A stretch of DNA of 64,000 nucleotides. Origin: Acidobacteriota bacterium (GTDB lineage Bacteria; Acidobacteriota; Terriglobia; Terriglobales; SCQP01). The position numbers and the translations under genes were made by a program. Each line of letters starts with the position of its first letter. Position 1 is the first letter of the stretch. Where the stretch lies: positions 23,800 to 87,799 of the forward strand of contig DAHUYO010000002.1 in NCBI GenBank assembly GCA_027315185.1, read 5' to 3'. Under the pieces are notes generated by a model. It did not search any database. It saw only the letters and a program-made list of their open reading frames with translations, and was not told the DNA's origin. Below are positions 18,615-28,970 of this stretch, piece by piece.

Positions 18615-20225
18615 TTAGAGGTGGAGGTGAAAGCGGAGGCCGTAGACCTGGAGCGGGCCGCGGGCACGGTTGTAGCCGGGGTTGATGAAGAACTGCACGT
18701 CCGGCGCCAGCGAGATGCCGCGCCACACGTGCAGGTTGTAATACAGCTCCTCGATGCGCTCCCGGCCATAGGTAAGGGCGCCATCGCCCAACTGGAAGCC
18801 GAGCCCGCCCGCGGCCAAATAGGCCTGATGGGCGGAAGAGATGCCGTTGCTGATGAACGCGACGCCCGCGTGGTCCCGCCGGCGCCGCCACAGCCGGCCC
18901 GCGACCTGCGCGCCCGCCTCCACGGTATTGTTCACCTCGGTATAGCTGTAGCTTTCCTGCGCGCCATTGTTCCAGCCTGCGCGGGCGAACAAGCCAAGAT
19001 CCGGGCCCACCGCCTGCTGCCAATTCCAGGCGAAACCGTACTCGGAGGCGGGAATCGCCACCGCGTTGACGTTGGGGACCGGGGTGCGGCCGGCGCGCCA
19101 AGCGGCCAAGGCATTGGCGAAGCTGCCCATGCGGGCATGATCATCAAAAAACAACAGGCGCATCTTGCCGTTCGAGGCCGGGGCATAGGCCCAGTCCACC
19201 TCGGCATTTTCGGCGCGAAAGACGCCCAGGTCAAGGCTAAGGAACTCCTGGTTGGGTAGTTTGGTCATCAGCGCTTCGGCGAAGCGCAGCGTCCAGGGAC
19301 CATCATCGAACTCGCCATACGCGCCATAGGTGTAGCCGCGGGTGTTGGCGGCGTAATCCCAGGCGCCGTCATTGTCGGCGGTCCAGTTCAAAAACTGATT
19401 GTGATCGGAGTTGGCGTAGGCGTTGCGGTCGAAGAAATCCGCCAGCGACATCTTCCCGAAGTACAGTTCCAAGCGCCGGCGGTCCAGGTGATGGGCCAAC
19501 TCCAGGTAGTTCGGGGTATTGGCGATGCGCCCGCCGCCCAAGCCGATGTTCCAATGCAGCATGCCGCGGGCCGCGTAGGGAGCGGGCGACAGCGCCACAC
19601 CGCCGGCGCGAACCGCATCCAGGTTCGGGAAGCCCGCCAGCCCCACGGTGCCGCTGAGGCCGGAGCCGGCGGAACTCTCCTCGTCATACAGAAACTCCAG
19701 TCCGCGGGTCAGGCGCACTCCGGCGAAGACGGTCTCCACTGTGGAGGCGGCGGTTTCGGCAATATTCTTGAAGCTGTTCGGTCCAGAATAGGCGGCAAAA
19801 AAGGCCGGATTGTGCTGGGTGACGACGTTCCATTGCGCCGCATACCAGATGCGATCCCTCAAGGTCCGCCGGGCTCGTTTGCCGCGCGCATGATTGCCTG
19901 GCGCGGGCCCCAGCCCAGGCGGCGGGGCGTCCCGCTGGGCACGCAGGCTGGGAGATCCCTTCGCTCCAGCCCCCGCCCGCGCGCCGCGGGGGCCGCGCCG
20001 CCGCGCCGGCGTAGGCGAACCGCGGCCCTCTTCCGAGCGCCGTAGGCGCGCAGCCAATGTCGCGGCCTTTTCGCGCCGACTTTGCCCCCGGCGCAAACAG
20101 CGCGACCCCCGGGAGTGGCGGTGGCCATGGGCGCGCCGGCCCTTTTCCGGTCGCGGAGCGGGCGCCGCGGCCCAGGCCATGGGAGCCACCGCCAGAAACA
20201 TGAGCATCACGCGAAATGTCCGCAT
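18615..20225 (-). CDS. carbohydrate-selective porin (OprB family), with repeat-derived Arg-rich insert after the signal peptide
   Basis: Signal peptide MRTFRVMLMFLAVAPMAWA, followed by about 110 aa encoded by intergenic-type repeats, then a typical OprB barrel (WNVVTQHNPAFFAAYSGPNSF ... FFINPGYNRARGPLQVYGLRFHLHL). Confidence 0.75.
   Translation of the reverse strand: MRTFRVMLMFLAVAPMAWAAAPAPRPEKGRRAHGHRHSRGSRCLRRGQSRREKAATLAARLRRSEEGRGSPTPARRRGPRGARAGAGAKGSPSLRAQRDAPPPGLGPAPGNHARGKRARRTLRDRIWYAAQWNVVTQHNPAFFAAYSGPNSFKNIAETAASTVETVFAGVRLTRGLEFLYDEESSAGSGLSGTVGLAGFPNLDAVRAGGVALSPAPYAARGMLHWNIGLGGGRIANTPNYLELAHHLDRRRLELYFGKMSLADFFDRNAYANSDHNQFLNWTADNDGAWDYAANTRGYTYGAYGEFDDGPWTLRFAEALMTKLPNQEFLSLDLGVFRAENAEVDWAYAPASNGKMRLLFFDDHARMGSFANALAAWRAGRTPVPNVNAVAIPASEYGFAWNWQQAVGPDLGLFARAGWNNGAQESYSYTEVNNTVEAGAQVAGRLWRRRRDHAGVAFISNGISSAHQAYLAAGGLGFQLGDGALTYGRERIEELYYNLHVWRGISLAPDVQFFINPGYNRARGPLQVYGLRFHLHL
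19891..19940 (+). repeat. family A palindromic element located inside the porin ORF
   Basis: tgattgcctggcgcGGGCCCCAGCCCAGGCGGCGGGGCGTCCCGCtgggc. Confidence 0.8.
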
Positions 20226-20400
20226 GGTATTGCCTTGCACCCAACCTGCATTCCCAGCCTAACCCGCGGGCGCGCGCGCCACCGGCGCGAAATGCCGCAT
20301 TGCACGCCGGCGCACGACGCTAGGCTTTGGCAAGGACGGATGCGCACACCGCCGGTCACGCGGCGGACCGATGCGGGCGGAGCCGCTCGCGAACAGGCGG

Positions 20401-22806
20401 CTAAGGCTCGCGCAAAACGGCGGCTGGCTCGGAATGCGCGGCGTGGCGGGCGGGCAGGTAGCAGGCGGCCAACGCGACGAGCAAGAGCGTGGCGAGCGCG
20501 ACGGCGAACACCATGGGATCTCCGGCGGAGACGCCGTAGAGCAGCGTTCCCAGCCAAGCCGTGCCCCACCAAGCGGCCAGCAATCCGGCGGCAGCGCCGG
20601 CCAGCGCCAATACCATGCCCTGGCCGGCCACCAAGCGGAGAACCTGGCCGCGTTGCGCGCCGAGAGCCAGGCGGATGCCGGCCTCGCGGCGGCGGCTGGC
20701 GGCGATCTGCGCCATGGTGGCGTAAAGGCCGACCGCCGCCAACAGCAGCGCCAGCGCGGCGAACAAACCGAGCAGCCAGGTGGCGAAGCGCAGCCGCGCG
20801 AAGGCGCCGGCCACCAACGCCGACATGGGTTGGACGGAGAAGACGGGGAGCTGCGGATCCAGCCGCGCCACGGCGGCCCGCAGCGGGCCCACCGCCGCCC
20901 GGGCCGGACCCGCGGTGCGAACGACCACCGTTTGATCGCCGAAGACGAAAAACTGGCGCTCGGTGAAATAGATCATCGGCGCGACGGGACGGCGGAAGGA
21001 ATCGCGGCGGATGTCACCGACCTCGCCCACGATCCGAGTTTGGAGTTTTCCCGAACCAAAGCGGACATCCAAGCGCCGGCCCACGGGACTCTGGCCGGCC
21101 AGATAGCGCCGGACGAAGGCGCGGTTGACCAGGATCACCTCTTGCGATTTGGCGTTGTCCGTAACTTGGAAGCCGCGGCCGCGCAGCAGCGGAGCGCCAA
21201 GGGCGCGGACATAATCCAGCGTGACGACGTTGAACGGGACCGCGGGCCGCTGGGCGGCGGGCTGCGGATGGAGCGGCCAGTTGATGGTTACCGCATAGGG
21301 AGGATTACCGGTAAACGGCGCGGAATGGCCGGAGCCGGCCGCGACGACGCCGGGCTGCGCTTCCAAACCGGCGGCCAGGCGATTGTAAAAGCGGTTCATC
21401 CGCCGCGGCGAATAGCGCGCGGTGGGCAGGCTGACCGCGGCGGTCAGCAAATGGCGGGCCTGGAAACCGGGATTGACCGCTTGCAGGCTGGCCAAGCTGC
21501 GGAGCAGCAGGCCGGCGGGGATCAGCAAGGCCAAGGTCAGGGCAAACTCGGCGGCGACCAGGACTCCGCGCCAGCGGCGCTGGGAACGGCTGTAGCTGCT
21601 ACCCCGGCCGCCCGCCTCCAGCGACAGGCGCAGATCGGGGCGGGCTAAACCGGCGGCGGGCAGCCAACCAAAGAGCAGCCCGGCGGCAAGGCCGACGCCA
21701 AGCGCGAACAGCAGCACCGGCCAACTCAAACCAGCCTGCGCCAAGCGGGGCACGTCGTGCGGCGCCAAGCGCAACAAGGCGGGCATCGCCAGCCAGGCCA
21801 AGGCCAACCCGGCGACGCCGCCAAGCACGCCCAGCACGGCGCTTTCGGCCAACAGCTGCCGCGCCAAATGGCCTTGCCCGGCGCCCAAGGCCGCCCGCAC
21901 CGCCAATTCCTGGCGGCGGCCGGCGCCGCGCGCGAGCAGCAAATTGGAAACGTTGACGCAGGCGATCAGCAGCACCAATCCCACGGCGGCAAACAACAGC
22001 CACAGCGCGCGCCGCGCCGGGCCGGCGATGGCCCGCTGCTCCGACTGCCCGCGGATTTTCAAGTGCGCATCGGCGACGGGATATTGCCGCGCCAGTTGGT
22101 CGGCAATGCCCGCCAGCTGCGCTTGCACCCGCGGCAATGACACGCCGGCGCGGCGGCGGCCGATCAGATGGAACAACCGCAGGCTGCGCTGCTGGGTAGG
22201 CGGGGTTTTTCCCACTTGCAGCGGCGCCACGGTGGTCCATACGTTCTGACGCTGGCCGAGGGGAAAGTGGAAGCCGGCGGGCATGACGCCAACGACGGCG
22301 TAATTCTGGCCATTGAGCACGATGCGCCGGCCCAACGCCGTTGGCTCGCCGCCGAAGTTTTGCACCCAAAGCCGGTGGCTCAGGATCGCGGCGTTGGCGC
22401 CGGCGGCCGCGCCGGGCTGGTCGTCGCCGCGGCGAAAGCCGCGGCCCAGCGCCGGCCGCACGCCGAGCACATGAAAGATGCCGCCTGCGGTGATCATGTC
22501 ATTGACCTCGCGCGGCTGGCCGCGGCCCGTGAGGGCGACGTCGTCGCCGACATAAGCGGCGATGCCGGTGAGGGTTTTCGCCCGCTGGCGCAGGCTGAGG
22601 TAGTCGGGATAGGAATAGGTAGCCGGGCCGATGGCGATCAATTGCCGTGGCTGGGCGAAGGGCAAGGGCGCCAGCAGCACCGCGCGCACGGCGCTGAAGA
22701 TGGCGGTGTTGGCGCCGATGCCGAGCGCAAAGGTCAGAATGACGACGGCGGCGAATCCGGGCGAACGCCGCAACTGGCGCAGAGCGGAGCAGATGTCAAG
22801 ACTCAT
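20401..22806 (-). CDS. ADOP family duplicated orphan permease (MacB-like ABC permease, two FtsX domains)
   Basis: N-terminus [30 protein letters not shown], two MacB_PCD/FtsX halves, and a C-terminus YLPARHAAHSEPAAVLREP. Length 801 aa. Confidence 0.9.
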   Translation of the reverse strand: MSLDICSALRQLRRSPGFAAVVILTFALGIGANTAIFSAVRAVLLAPLPFAQPRQLIAIGPATYSYPDYLSLRQRAKTLTGIAAYVGDDVALTGRGQPREVNDMITAGGIFHVLGVRPALGRGFRRGDDQPGAAAGANAAILSHRLWVQNFGGEPTALGRRIVLNGQNYAVVGVMPAGFHFPLGQRQNVWTTVAPLQVGKTPPTQQRSLRLFHLIGRRRAGVSLPRVQAQLAGIADQLARQYPVADAHLKIRGQSEQRAIAGPARRALWLLFAAVGLVLLIACVNVSNLLLARGAGRRQELAVRAALGAGQGHLARQLLAESAVLGVLGGVAGLALAWLAMPALLRLAPHDVPRLAQAGLSWPVLLFALGVGLAAGLLFGWLPAAGLARPDLRLSLEAGGRGSSYSRSQRRWRGVLVAAEFALTLALLIPAGLLLRSLASLQAVNPGFQARHLLTAAVSLPTARYSPRRMNRFYNRLAAGLEAQPGVVAAGSGHSAPFTGNPPYAVTINWPLHPQPAAQRPAVPFNVVTLDYVRALGAPLLRGRGFQVTDNAKSQEVILVNRAFVRRYLAGQSPVGRRLDVRFGSGKLQTRIVGEVGDIRRDSFRRPVAPMIYFTERQFFVFGDQTVVVRTAGPARAAVGPLRAAVARLDPQLPVFSVQPMSALVAGAFARLRFATWLLGLFAALALLLAAVGLYATMAQIAASRRREAGIRLALGAQRGQVLRLVAGQGMVLALAGAAAGLLAAWWGTAWLGTLLYGVSAGDPMVFAVALATLLLVALAACYLPARHAAHSEPAAVLREP

Positions 22807-22880
22807 GGCGTACCTTCCATCACCCTCAACACCATAGCGCCGCCGGCGGAGGTGGAACGCGGCGGGACGCGGCTCCCAGG

Positions 22881-25316
22881 TTAGCTCTCACGCAACGCGG
22901 CGGCGGGGTCGGTGCGCGCGGCGCGGCGGGCGGGCAGCCACGCCGCCAACGCGCCCGCCGCCAGCAACGCGGCGGCAACGACGGCGATAGTTGCCGGATC
23001 TGACGGGGTGACGGCGTACAGCAGGCTGGCCACCAGCCGGCCGGCCGCCAGCGCCGCCGCCACGCCGATCACCAAGCCGACGACGACCGGCGCGATGGCC
23101 TGGCGGATGACCTCACCGGCCAAGGCGCCCGGCCGCGCGCCCAACGCGGAGCGAATGCCGATCTCCTGGGTACGGCGGCCCACCGAGTACGCGACCACGC
23201 CATAGACGCCGAGGCCGGCGAGCAACAGCGCCGCCGCCGCGAACAACGCCAACAGGCTGGCTTCAAATCGCTGCGGGCCCAGCGCCGCCGCGGCCACGTG
23301 ATCCATGGTCTTGAAGTTCTGCACCGGCACGGTGGGATCCACCTTCCAAACGGCGAGCTGGATCTCCGGCGCTAAGGTGGCCGGCGCCAGGCGGGAGCGA
23401 ACCGCCACCACGGTTTCCACCCAAGGAAACGTCCAGTAGGGCTGGTAGACGACGTTCGCTGGGCGCTCGGTCGGCCGCTCCAGCACATCGGCGGCGATGC
23501 CGACGACGCGCAACTGGGCGCTGCCGTCACTGAATGTTTTCCCGATGGGAGATTGCCCAGGCCATATCGCGCGGGCCATATGACGGGAAATCACCGCCTC
23601 ATTGGGCGCGGCCTGCTGATCGGCGGCGGCGAAGCCGCGGCCGCGGAGAATGTGGATGCCCAGCGTAGAGAATACGCCGGGGCTGACGAAACGCACCTGC
23701 GCCAGAGGTTGTTGTTCGGCGGGCAGATGCCGACCGGGGATTTGGATGCCGTCGAACCAGGCGTCGCCGGCCAAGGGCAGGGAGGATATCAGCGCCGCGT
23801 GGGCCACGCCGGGCACGGCGCGCAAATTGGCCAAGACTTGGCCATCGAAACGGAGAATCGCCGCGTTCTTCTGGTAATAGCTCGAGCCGGGCAACACCAA
23901 CTGCACGGTCAAGACATGCCTGATGCGGATGCCGGATGGCCGGCCGGTCAAGGTCCACAAGCTGCGCAGAAACAGCCCGGCGGCGATAAGCAGCACGGCG
24001 CCCAGCGCCACCTCGGCGGCCACCAACGCCTCCCGCCAGCGCCGCGCGGGACGGCTTTCGGAGAGCGACCGGCCGCCACTGGCCAGCGCCAGTTGCGGAT
24101 CAGCGCGGCCGGCGCGCCAGGCAGGAGCCACGCCGAAGAGAATGGCGCTGACCATGGTGACGGCGGCGGCGAAACCGGCGACGCGCCAATCCCAAGGCAC
24201 GCCATGCGCCGGCGTCCAACCGGCGGGGATCCAGGCCAGCAAAGCCGCCTCACCCCACCAGGCAAGCAAAAGGCCAGCCGCGCCGCCGGCCAGCGCCAGC
24301 AGGAAGCTTTCTGCAAACTGGGAGCGCATCAAGCCCGCCCGGCCGGCGCCGAGCGCGGCGCGTACGCCCATTTCCCGTGTTCGCCCGGTGGCCCGAGCCA
24401 AGGCCAGATTCGCCAAATTGACGCAGCCGATCAGCAGAACCGCCAGCACCGCCGCCAGCAAAAGCCACAAGCCCTGCCGCGCCGAACCCGCCAGCGCCGT
24501 TTGCACCGGCGTCAGGATGGTCCAGATTTGGGCGGAAGGCGCGTAGCGGTGGGTGAGCTGGTTTTCGATGGCATCCAGCTGCGCGGTCGCCTGCGCAGCG
24601 GTCATTCCCGGGCGCAACCGCGCGATGACCTGATAGTTGTAATCGCCGGCGAGGGAATCCGCCGACGGACCGTGGTAGGCGATGCCGATGGGCGCCAGCA
24701 GGCCCGGGCGGCCGGTGATGAATCCGCCGCGGAAGGGCCAACGGAAGCCGGACGCCAAGACGCCAACGACCGTGTGCGGTTGATTGTTCAGCGTGACGAT
24801 TTTGCCAACGATCGCGGAATCGGAATGAAACCGCGCCGCCCACAAGCGATGGGTCAAGATGACCACCGGCGGACCGTTGGGCGCGTCCTCGGAGGGACGA
24901 AAGTTGCGGCCCAGTTCCAGCCGCGCGCCGAGCAGCGGCAGGAAGTTGGCCGAGACGCGGCCGGCCTTGAGCTGAGCCGGCGGCTGCCCGGCCTGAGTTA
25001 AGTCCATGCGGCCGCCCTGGGCGATGGCCATGCCGGAGAAGGCTCGCGCCCGCTGCCGCCAGGCATGGAACTGTTCGGGATTGTCGGGGATCCAGGGCTC
25101 TTGCAGTTTGGCCGCCATGGCGGCGTCTTCATGGATGACGACCAGCCGCCCTGGCTGGCGGTAGGGCAGCGGGGCGAGCAAGACGGCGTTCACCACGGTG
25201 AAAATCGCCACGCAGCCGCCGATCGCCAGCGCCAGCGTGGCGACGGAGATGAAGGTGAAGGCAGGGGCGCGGCGCAGCGCACGCGCCGCCTGCCGCAATT
25301 CATGCCGCACGGTCAT
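22881..25316 (-). CDS. ADOP family duplicated orphan permease (MacB-like)
   Basis: Same architecture as its neighbour: RALRRAPAFTFISVATLALAIGG..., C-terminus WLPARRAARTDPAAALRES. Length 811 aa. Confidence 0.9.
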   Translation of the reverse strand: MTVRHELRQAARALRRAPAFTFISVATLALAIGGCVAIFTVVNAVLLAPLPYRQPGRLVVIHEDAAMAAKLQEPWIPDNPEQFHAWRQRARAFSGMAIAQGGRMDLTQAGQPPAQLKAGRVSANFLPLLGARLELGRNFRPSEDAPNGPPVVILTHRLWAARFHSDSAIVGKIVTLNNQPHTVVGVLASGFRWPFRGGFITGRPGLLAPIGIAYHGPSADSLAGDYNYQVIARLRPGMTAAQATAQLDAIENQLTHRYAPSAQIWTILTPVQTALAGSARQGLWLLLAAVLAVLLIGCVNLANLALARATGRTREMGVRAALGAGRAGLMRSQFAESFLLALAGGAAGLLLAWWGEAALLAWIPAGWTPAHGVPWDWRVAGFAAAVTMVSAILFGVAPAWRAGRADPQLALASGGRSLSESRPARRWREALVAAEVALGAVLLIAAGLFLRSLWTLTGRPSGIRIRHVLTVQLVLPGSSYYQKNAAILRFDGQVLANLRAVPGVAHAALISSLPLAGDAWFDGIQIPGRHLPAEQQPLAQVRFVSPGVFSTLGIHILRGRGFAAADQQAAPNEAVISRHMARAIWPGQSPIGKTFSDGSAQLRVVGIAADVLERPTERPANVVYQPYWTFPWVETVVAVRSRLAPATLAPEIQLAVWKVDPTVPVQNFKTMDHVAAAALGPQRFEASLLALFAAAALLLAGLGVYGVVAYSVGRRTQEIGIRSALGARPGALAGEVIRQAIAPVVVGLVIGVAAALAAGRLVASLLYAVTPSDPATIAVVAAALLAAGALAAWLPARRAARTDPAAALRES

Positions 25317-25346
25317 TTTTATGCTCCCAGTGATACACTTTTATGC

Positions 25347-25592
25347 ATGCCACGCACCACATTGATGATTGAAGACATCCTGTTCCGGCAATTGAAGCGG
25401 CGCGCTGCGGAGCAGGGCCGCAGCTTCCAAAGCGTGGCCAACGAAGCGCTGCGCCAGGGCCTGGCGCCCGCCCCGGCCTCGAAATATAAATTGAAGTGGA
25501 CGAGTTGGCACGGCGAGCTGGCGTCCGGCCTGACGTGGGAGGATCTCGCCAATCGTGAGGTATTGTTCGACATCTTCGACGGACGCCGGTAG
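25347..25592 (+). CDS. vapB: type II antitoxin (VapB-like)
   Basis: 81-aa ORF MPRTTLMIEDILFRQLKRRAAEQGRSFQSVANEALRQGL... It sits 3 nt upstream of a PIN toxin gene. Confidence 0.75.
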   Translation: MPRTTLMIEDILFRQLKRRAAEQGRSFQSVANEALRQGLAPAPASKYKLKWTSWHGELASGLTWEDLANREVLFDIFDGRR

Positions 25593-25595
25593 GCC

Positions 25596-26027
25596 ATGGT
25601 AGCCCTGGACACGAATATCCTGGTCTACGCCGCCGACCGCGCTAGCCCGTTCCATCTCCCGGCGCGAGAGCTCATGACCGGCCTCGCGGAACGACCGGAG
25701 CCGTGGGCCCTGCCCTGGCCCTGTATTTATGAGTTCCTGCGAACGATTACGGGACGGGCGATCAGCCCGCCGATGCCGCCCGATTTGGCCTGGGCAAACG
25801 CCAAGGGCTTGATCCAAAGCCCGGGTGTTCGTCTCCTCTCTGAGACGCAGCGGCACGCCGCCGTTCTGGAGCAGGTGCTGCACGATTCCGGCGCCACCGG
25901 GAGCTTGTTGCACGATGCCCACATCGCCGCGCTGTGCATCGAACATGGCGTCTCCGAACTGGTCACCGCCGACCGCGACTTCCGCCGCTTCCGGGGGCTG
26001 CGCATCCACGACCCTTTTCGCGATTGA
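25596..26027 (+). CDS. vapC: type II toxin, PIN-domain ribonuclease VapC
   Basis: MVALDTNILVYA (first acidic PIN residue), followed by conserved acidic positions (LLHDAHIAAL, TADRDF). Length 143 aa. Confidence 0.85.
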   Translation: MVALDTNILVYAADRASPFHLPARELMTGLAERPEPWALPWPCIYEFLRTITGRAISPPMPPDLAWANAKGLIQSPGVRLLSETQRHAAVLEQVLHDSGATGSLLHDAHIAALCIEHGVSELVTADRDFRRFRGLRIHDPFRD

Positions 26028-26257
26028 GGCGGCGGCTGGGAGCTGCGCCGGGATGAGATCCGCGGCGGAATTGGCGAGGCGGGCCATAGCCAGAATGCAT
26101 GCACGCCGCCGCCCAAAAGCGGGCGCTGGAAAATCAAGGAGTTAAGCGCAGCGGGGGATGGCGGCAGCGTTCGCTTTTGGGACGCCGCTGTCCGGTCGCG
26201 AACATCGGTACGCGGACACCGATAGCGATGGCCGACCGCCGCGAGCGGCGGATCGGC

Positions 26258-27475
26258 CTATTGCACCGCGTGGGGAGCGTAGTAACCGTTCTTGGCGATG
26301 ACTTTGTACTTCAGCACCTTGCCCTTCTCGTTGACCACCTTGAGCGGCTTGCCATTGGGCGCCACCACGGACACCTTGACCTTGCGGAAGCTGCCGTCCA
26401 GCTTGCGGTCCGTGGAGCGGTAGTACACGACGTATTCGTTCCGCACCGCCGCCGAAATGTCCTGGAATACATCGGGAAACGCGCCTTCGAAGCGGGGCTC
26501 ATAGAAGCGGCCGCCGGTGAGCTTGGCCCAATAGCGGAGCTGATTGTCGCCCACGATGTAATTCATGTCCTGCATGGTGCCCATCATGCCGTTTTCCTGG
26601 AGGTATTGCCGCAAGGGCCAGGCGATGCTGACCGGAAAGATGGAGACGTTATGGGCATCGGCGACGATCTTCGTGACTTGATCGAAGTTCAAATGGCTGA
26701 ACGTGTTCAGCCCATCGGTGATCAAGACGATGACTTTTCGCCCTTTGATGCCGTTCATGCGATGAATGACGAAGGCCAGGGAATCGTAGAGATCGGCTTC
26801 GCTGAAGCCGGGAATTTGCTGCTGGTTGAGTCCGGAGTAGAGCGCCTCGCGATTGTGCGTGAAGTCCACGACGATGTGCGGACGCAGGTCATAGGTGACC
26901 AGCGCCATCCAGTCCTGTTTCTGGAGCTGCTGGGCGAAACTGTAGCTGGCCTCCAGGATGCGGTAGATGAACGGCCACCACTGGCTGCGAAACTCGACCA
27001 GCATGACGACGGTGATCGGCGCGTCGCTGGTATAGCTCACTTTGTCAATCTGCTGCGGCACGCCGTTTTCCAAAACGCGGAAATTGTTCTTGTGCAGATG
27101 GCCGATGAAGGCGCCGCCGTCGGTTTCCACCGTGACCGGCAGCGCCACTTCCGGGACATTGACCTTGAAGTTGTACTCCGGGTTCGTCGCCTTGGTTTTC
27201 GGCGGAGGCGGGGGAGGAGGCTGCGGCGCGGTGGGGGCCTTTTTGGGAATGATGATCGGCCCGTTGGGGTTGGGCTGCTGGGCGGCCGCCGGCAGCGCCA
27301 CCGCGGCGACCAAGCCAAGGGCAAGCAGCGCCATCAAGACCCGGCCACCCCCGGCGCGGCGCAGACGCCCGCTCCAGGGCGCCGCGGCCGGCGGACGCCG
27401 CTGGTCAGCGGCGGGCGACGAGACTGCACTTGGCGCGCCTCCGCGTTGGCGCAAAAGAGATGAGAGATGCCGCAT
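26258..27475 (-). CDS. VWA domain-containing protein (acidobacterial VWFA-related type)
   Basis: VVMLVEF...D.. and GRKVIVLITDGLNTFS (MIDAS-like), with C-terminal KVKVSVVAPNGKPLKV...KNGYYAP typical of the acidobacterial VWFA family. The start is uncertain: 27475, 27334 or 27703. Confidence 0.8.
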   Translation of the reverse strand: MRHLSSLLRQRGGAPSAVSSPAADQRRPPAAAPWSGRLRRAGGGRVLMALLALGLVAAVALPAAAQQPNPNGPIIIPKKAPTAPQPPPPPPPKTKATNPEYNFKVNVPEVALPVTVETDGGAFIGHLHKNNFRVLENGVPQQIDKVSYTSDAPITVVMLVEFRSQWWPFIYRILEASYSFAQQLQKQDWMALVTYDLRPHIVVDFTHNREALYSGLNQQQIPGFSEADLYDSLAFVIHRMNGIKGRKVIVLITDGLNTFSHLNFDQVTKIVADAHNVSIFPVSIAWPLRQYLQENGMMGTMQDMNYIVGDNQLRYWAKLTGGRFYEPRFEGAFPDVFQDISAAVRNEYVVYYRSTDRKLDGSFRKVKVSVVAPNGKPLKVVNEKGKVLKYKVIAKNGYYAPHAVQ

Positions 27476-27666
27476 TGCAGACCCCCTTGGGCCCGCTGGC
27501 CCGTGTGCCTCCATCATGGCGCAAGGAGGCTGCAAGTTCCAGTCCGGCGCCGCCGGGCCCCTTCGGCGGAATGGATTGCGAATCACAGCGCCCTCAATCC
27601 GCCGCCCGTGGGTCAGGTCCTCGGAGAGCAGCTCGCGGCAGCCCGGCATCCGGGCCGCCGCCGGCG

Positions 27667-28350
27667 TCAGAGCGCCTTCAGCATCGCTTCGGCGGCCTGC
27701 CACTGGGGGAAGCGCCGCTCCTCGGCCTGGAACTCCGGCGAATGCACGCAGCGGCGGCTGCCCTTCATTTTGATGGGGTACTTCAAGTGCAGCATCTCGT
27801 GATAGAGGACGTACTCGAGGGCAATGCGGGGCACGCGGGGAGAATCGAAGACGCGGCTGATGAGGATGGCGTTGTGCGCCGGGTCGTAGTGGCCCAAATG
27901 GCGGCGCGCCGCCCGCGGCGCCCAGCCCAAATTCGGCCGCGCCATCAGGCCATAAAAAAACCGCTGGTTCAGATCCTCGAAAATGGCCTCTAAGTCATGG
28001 TGCCGGCCGGCGGGCGGCTGGAGCCGTTTGCGGCCGCGGATTTGGCCGACCAGTTGGGCCTTGGCGGCGATCTCCTTGCGCCCGGCGAAGCGGCGATAGC
28101 GGGAGGGAAACAATGCCGGCACGGGCCGGCCGTAGAGCTTGCGCAGCAGGATCTGGGCCAGCGCCTCGATGACCGGCTCGGGCGCCGCCTCCAGCAGATC
28201 GCTGAGGCGCACCTTCAACACGCCGTCGCGGCGGCGGATGGTGCTGTTCATGCGGGTGAAGGGATAGAACTCGATCTGAATAGGCGGCGGCGGCGTGCGC
28301 GGCTTCAGCTCCCGGAACACCGCCAAAAAGGTGGCTTCCAGATCACGCAT
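27667..28350 (-). CDS. SprT-like / DUF45-type zinc metalloprotease
   Basis: HExxH in LEYVLYHEMLHLKY, followed by HSPEFQAEERRF. The start overlaps the upstream stop by 8 nt. Confidence 0.7.
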   Translation of the reverse strand: MRDLEATFLAVFRELKPRTPPPPIQIEFYPFTRMNSTIRRRDGVLKVRLSDLLEAAPEPVIEALAQILLRKLYGRPVPALFPSRYRRFAGRKEIAAKAQLVGQIRGRKRLQPPAGRHHDLEAIFEDLNQRFFYGLMARPNLGWAPRAARRHLGHYDPAHNAILISRVFDSPRVPRIALEYVLYHEMLHLKYPIKMKGSRRCVHSPEFQAEERRFPQWQAAEAMLKAL

Positions 28351-28966
28351 GGCGGGGCATCCGCCGCGGCGACGGCGCCAGCGCGGCGAAGAAGGGGAAA
28401 TGCTTGTGCTTCTTTTTCGCCGCCTTTTGTTCCGCCTGGCGGTGCTGAATCTTCGCCCAATCGTCCTGGGCGTCCTTGATGTGGCTGCGGGTGGCGTCCT
28501 GGGCGTCGCTGAGGGCGAACCGGTAGGTACGGAGGTCGGCCGGGGTGGAATGCTTGCGCACGGCGGCTAGCGTGGTCAAAAAGCCCCGCTCCGCCTTGAT
28601 GGCCTGGTGCAGCGGCTTTTTCAGCTTCGGCGGCCCGCTCATCTCGGAGGTGCGCCGGCCCGACATCCAGGTATCAAAGTTATCGTCCAGTTCGTTCAGG
28701 ATCTCGCGATATTGCCGCAGCATCAGGTGCATCGTGCCGCGGCGGCCGGGCAGATGGGAGGCTTGGAGCGATTGCAGCCGGCTGAGGCGCTCGCCGGCGA
28801 ACTTCAGCAGCAGTTTCACTCGCTTGCCGGGGTTGCCGGCGGCGCTGCGCATGGCGTTGGCCTCGCCGCGGGTCAAAGGATCGCGGCCGGGCAGCTGCGC
28901 GCGCAACGCCGGCGCGGCCCCGAGGCCCACGGCCGCCATCAGGACCAGAATCGCGCTCCATCGCAT
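28343..28966 (-). CDS. hypothetical secreted protein
   Basis: Signal peptide MRWSAILVLMAAVGLGAAPALRA from ATG 28966, 4 nt after the upstream stop. Helical, Lys/Arg-rich. No family recognised. Confidence 0.55.
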   Translation of the reverse strand: MRWSAILVLMAAVGLGAAPALRAQLPGRDPLTRGEANAMRSAAGNPGKRVKLLLKFAGERLSRLQSLQASHLPGRRGTMHLMLRQYREILNELDDNFDTWMSGRRTSEMSGPPKLKKPLHQAIKAERGFLTTLAAVRKHSTPADLRTYRFALSDAQDATRSHIKDAQDDWAKIQHRQAEQKAAKKKHKHFPFFAALAPSPRRMPRHA

Positions 28967-28970
28967 GCGA

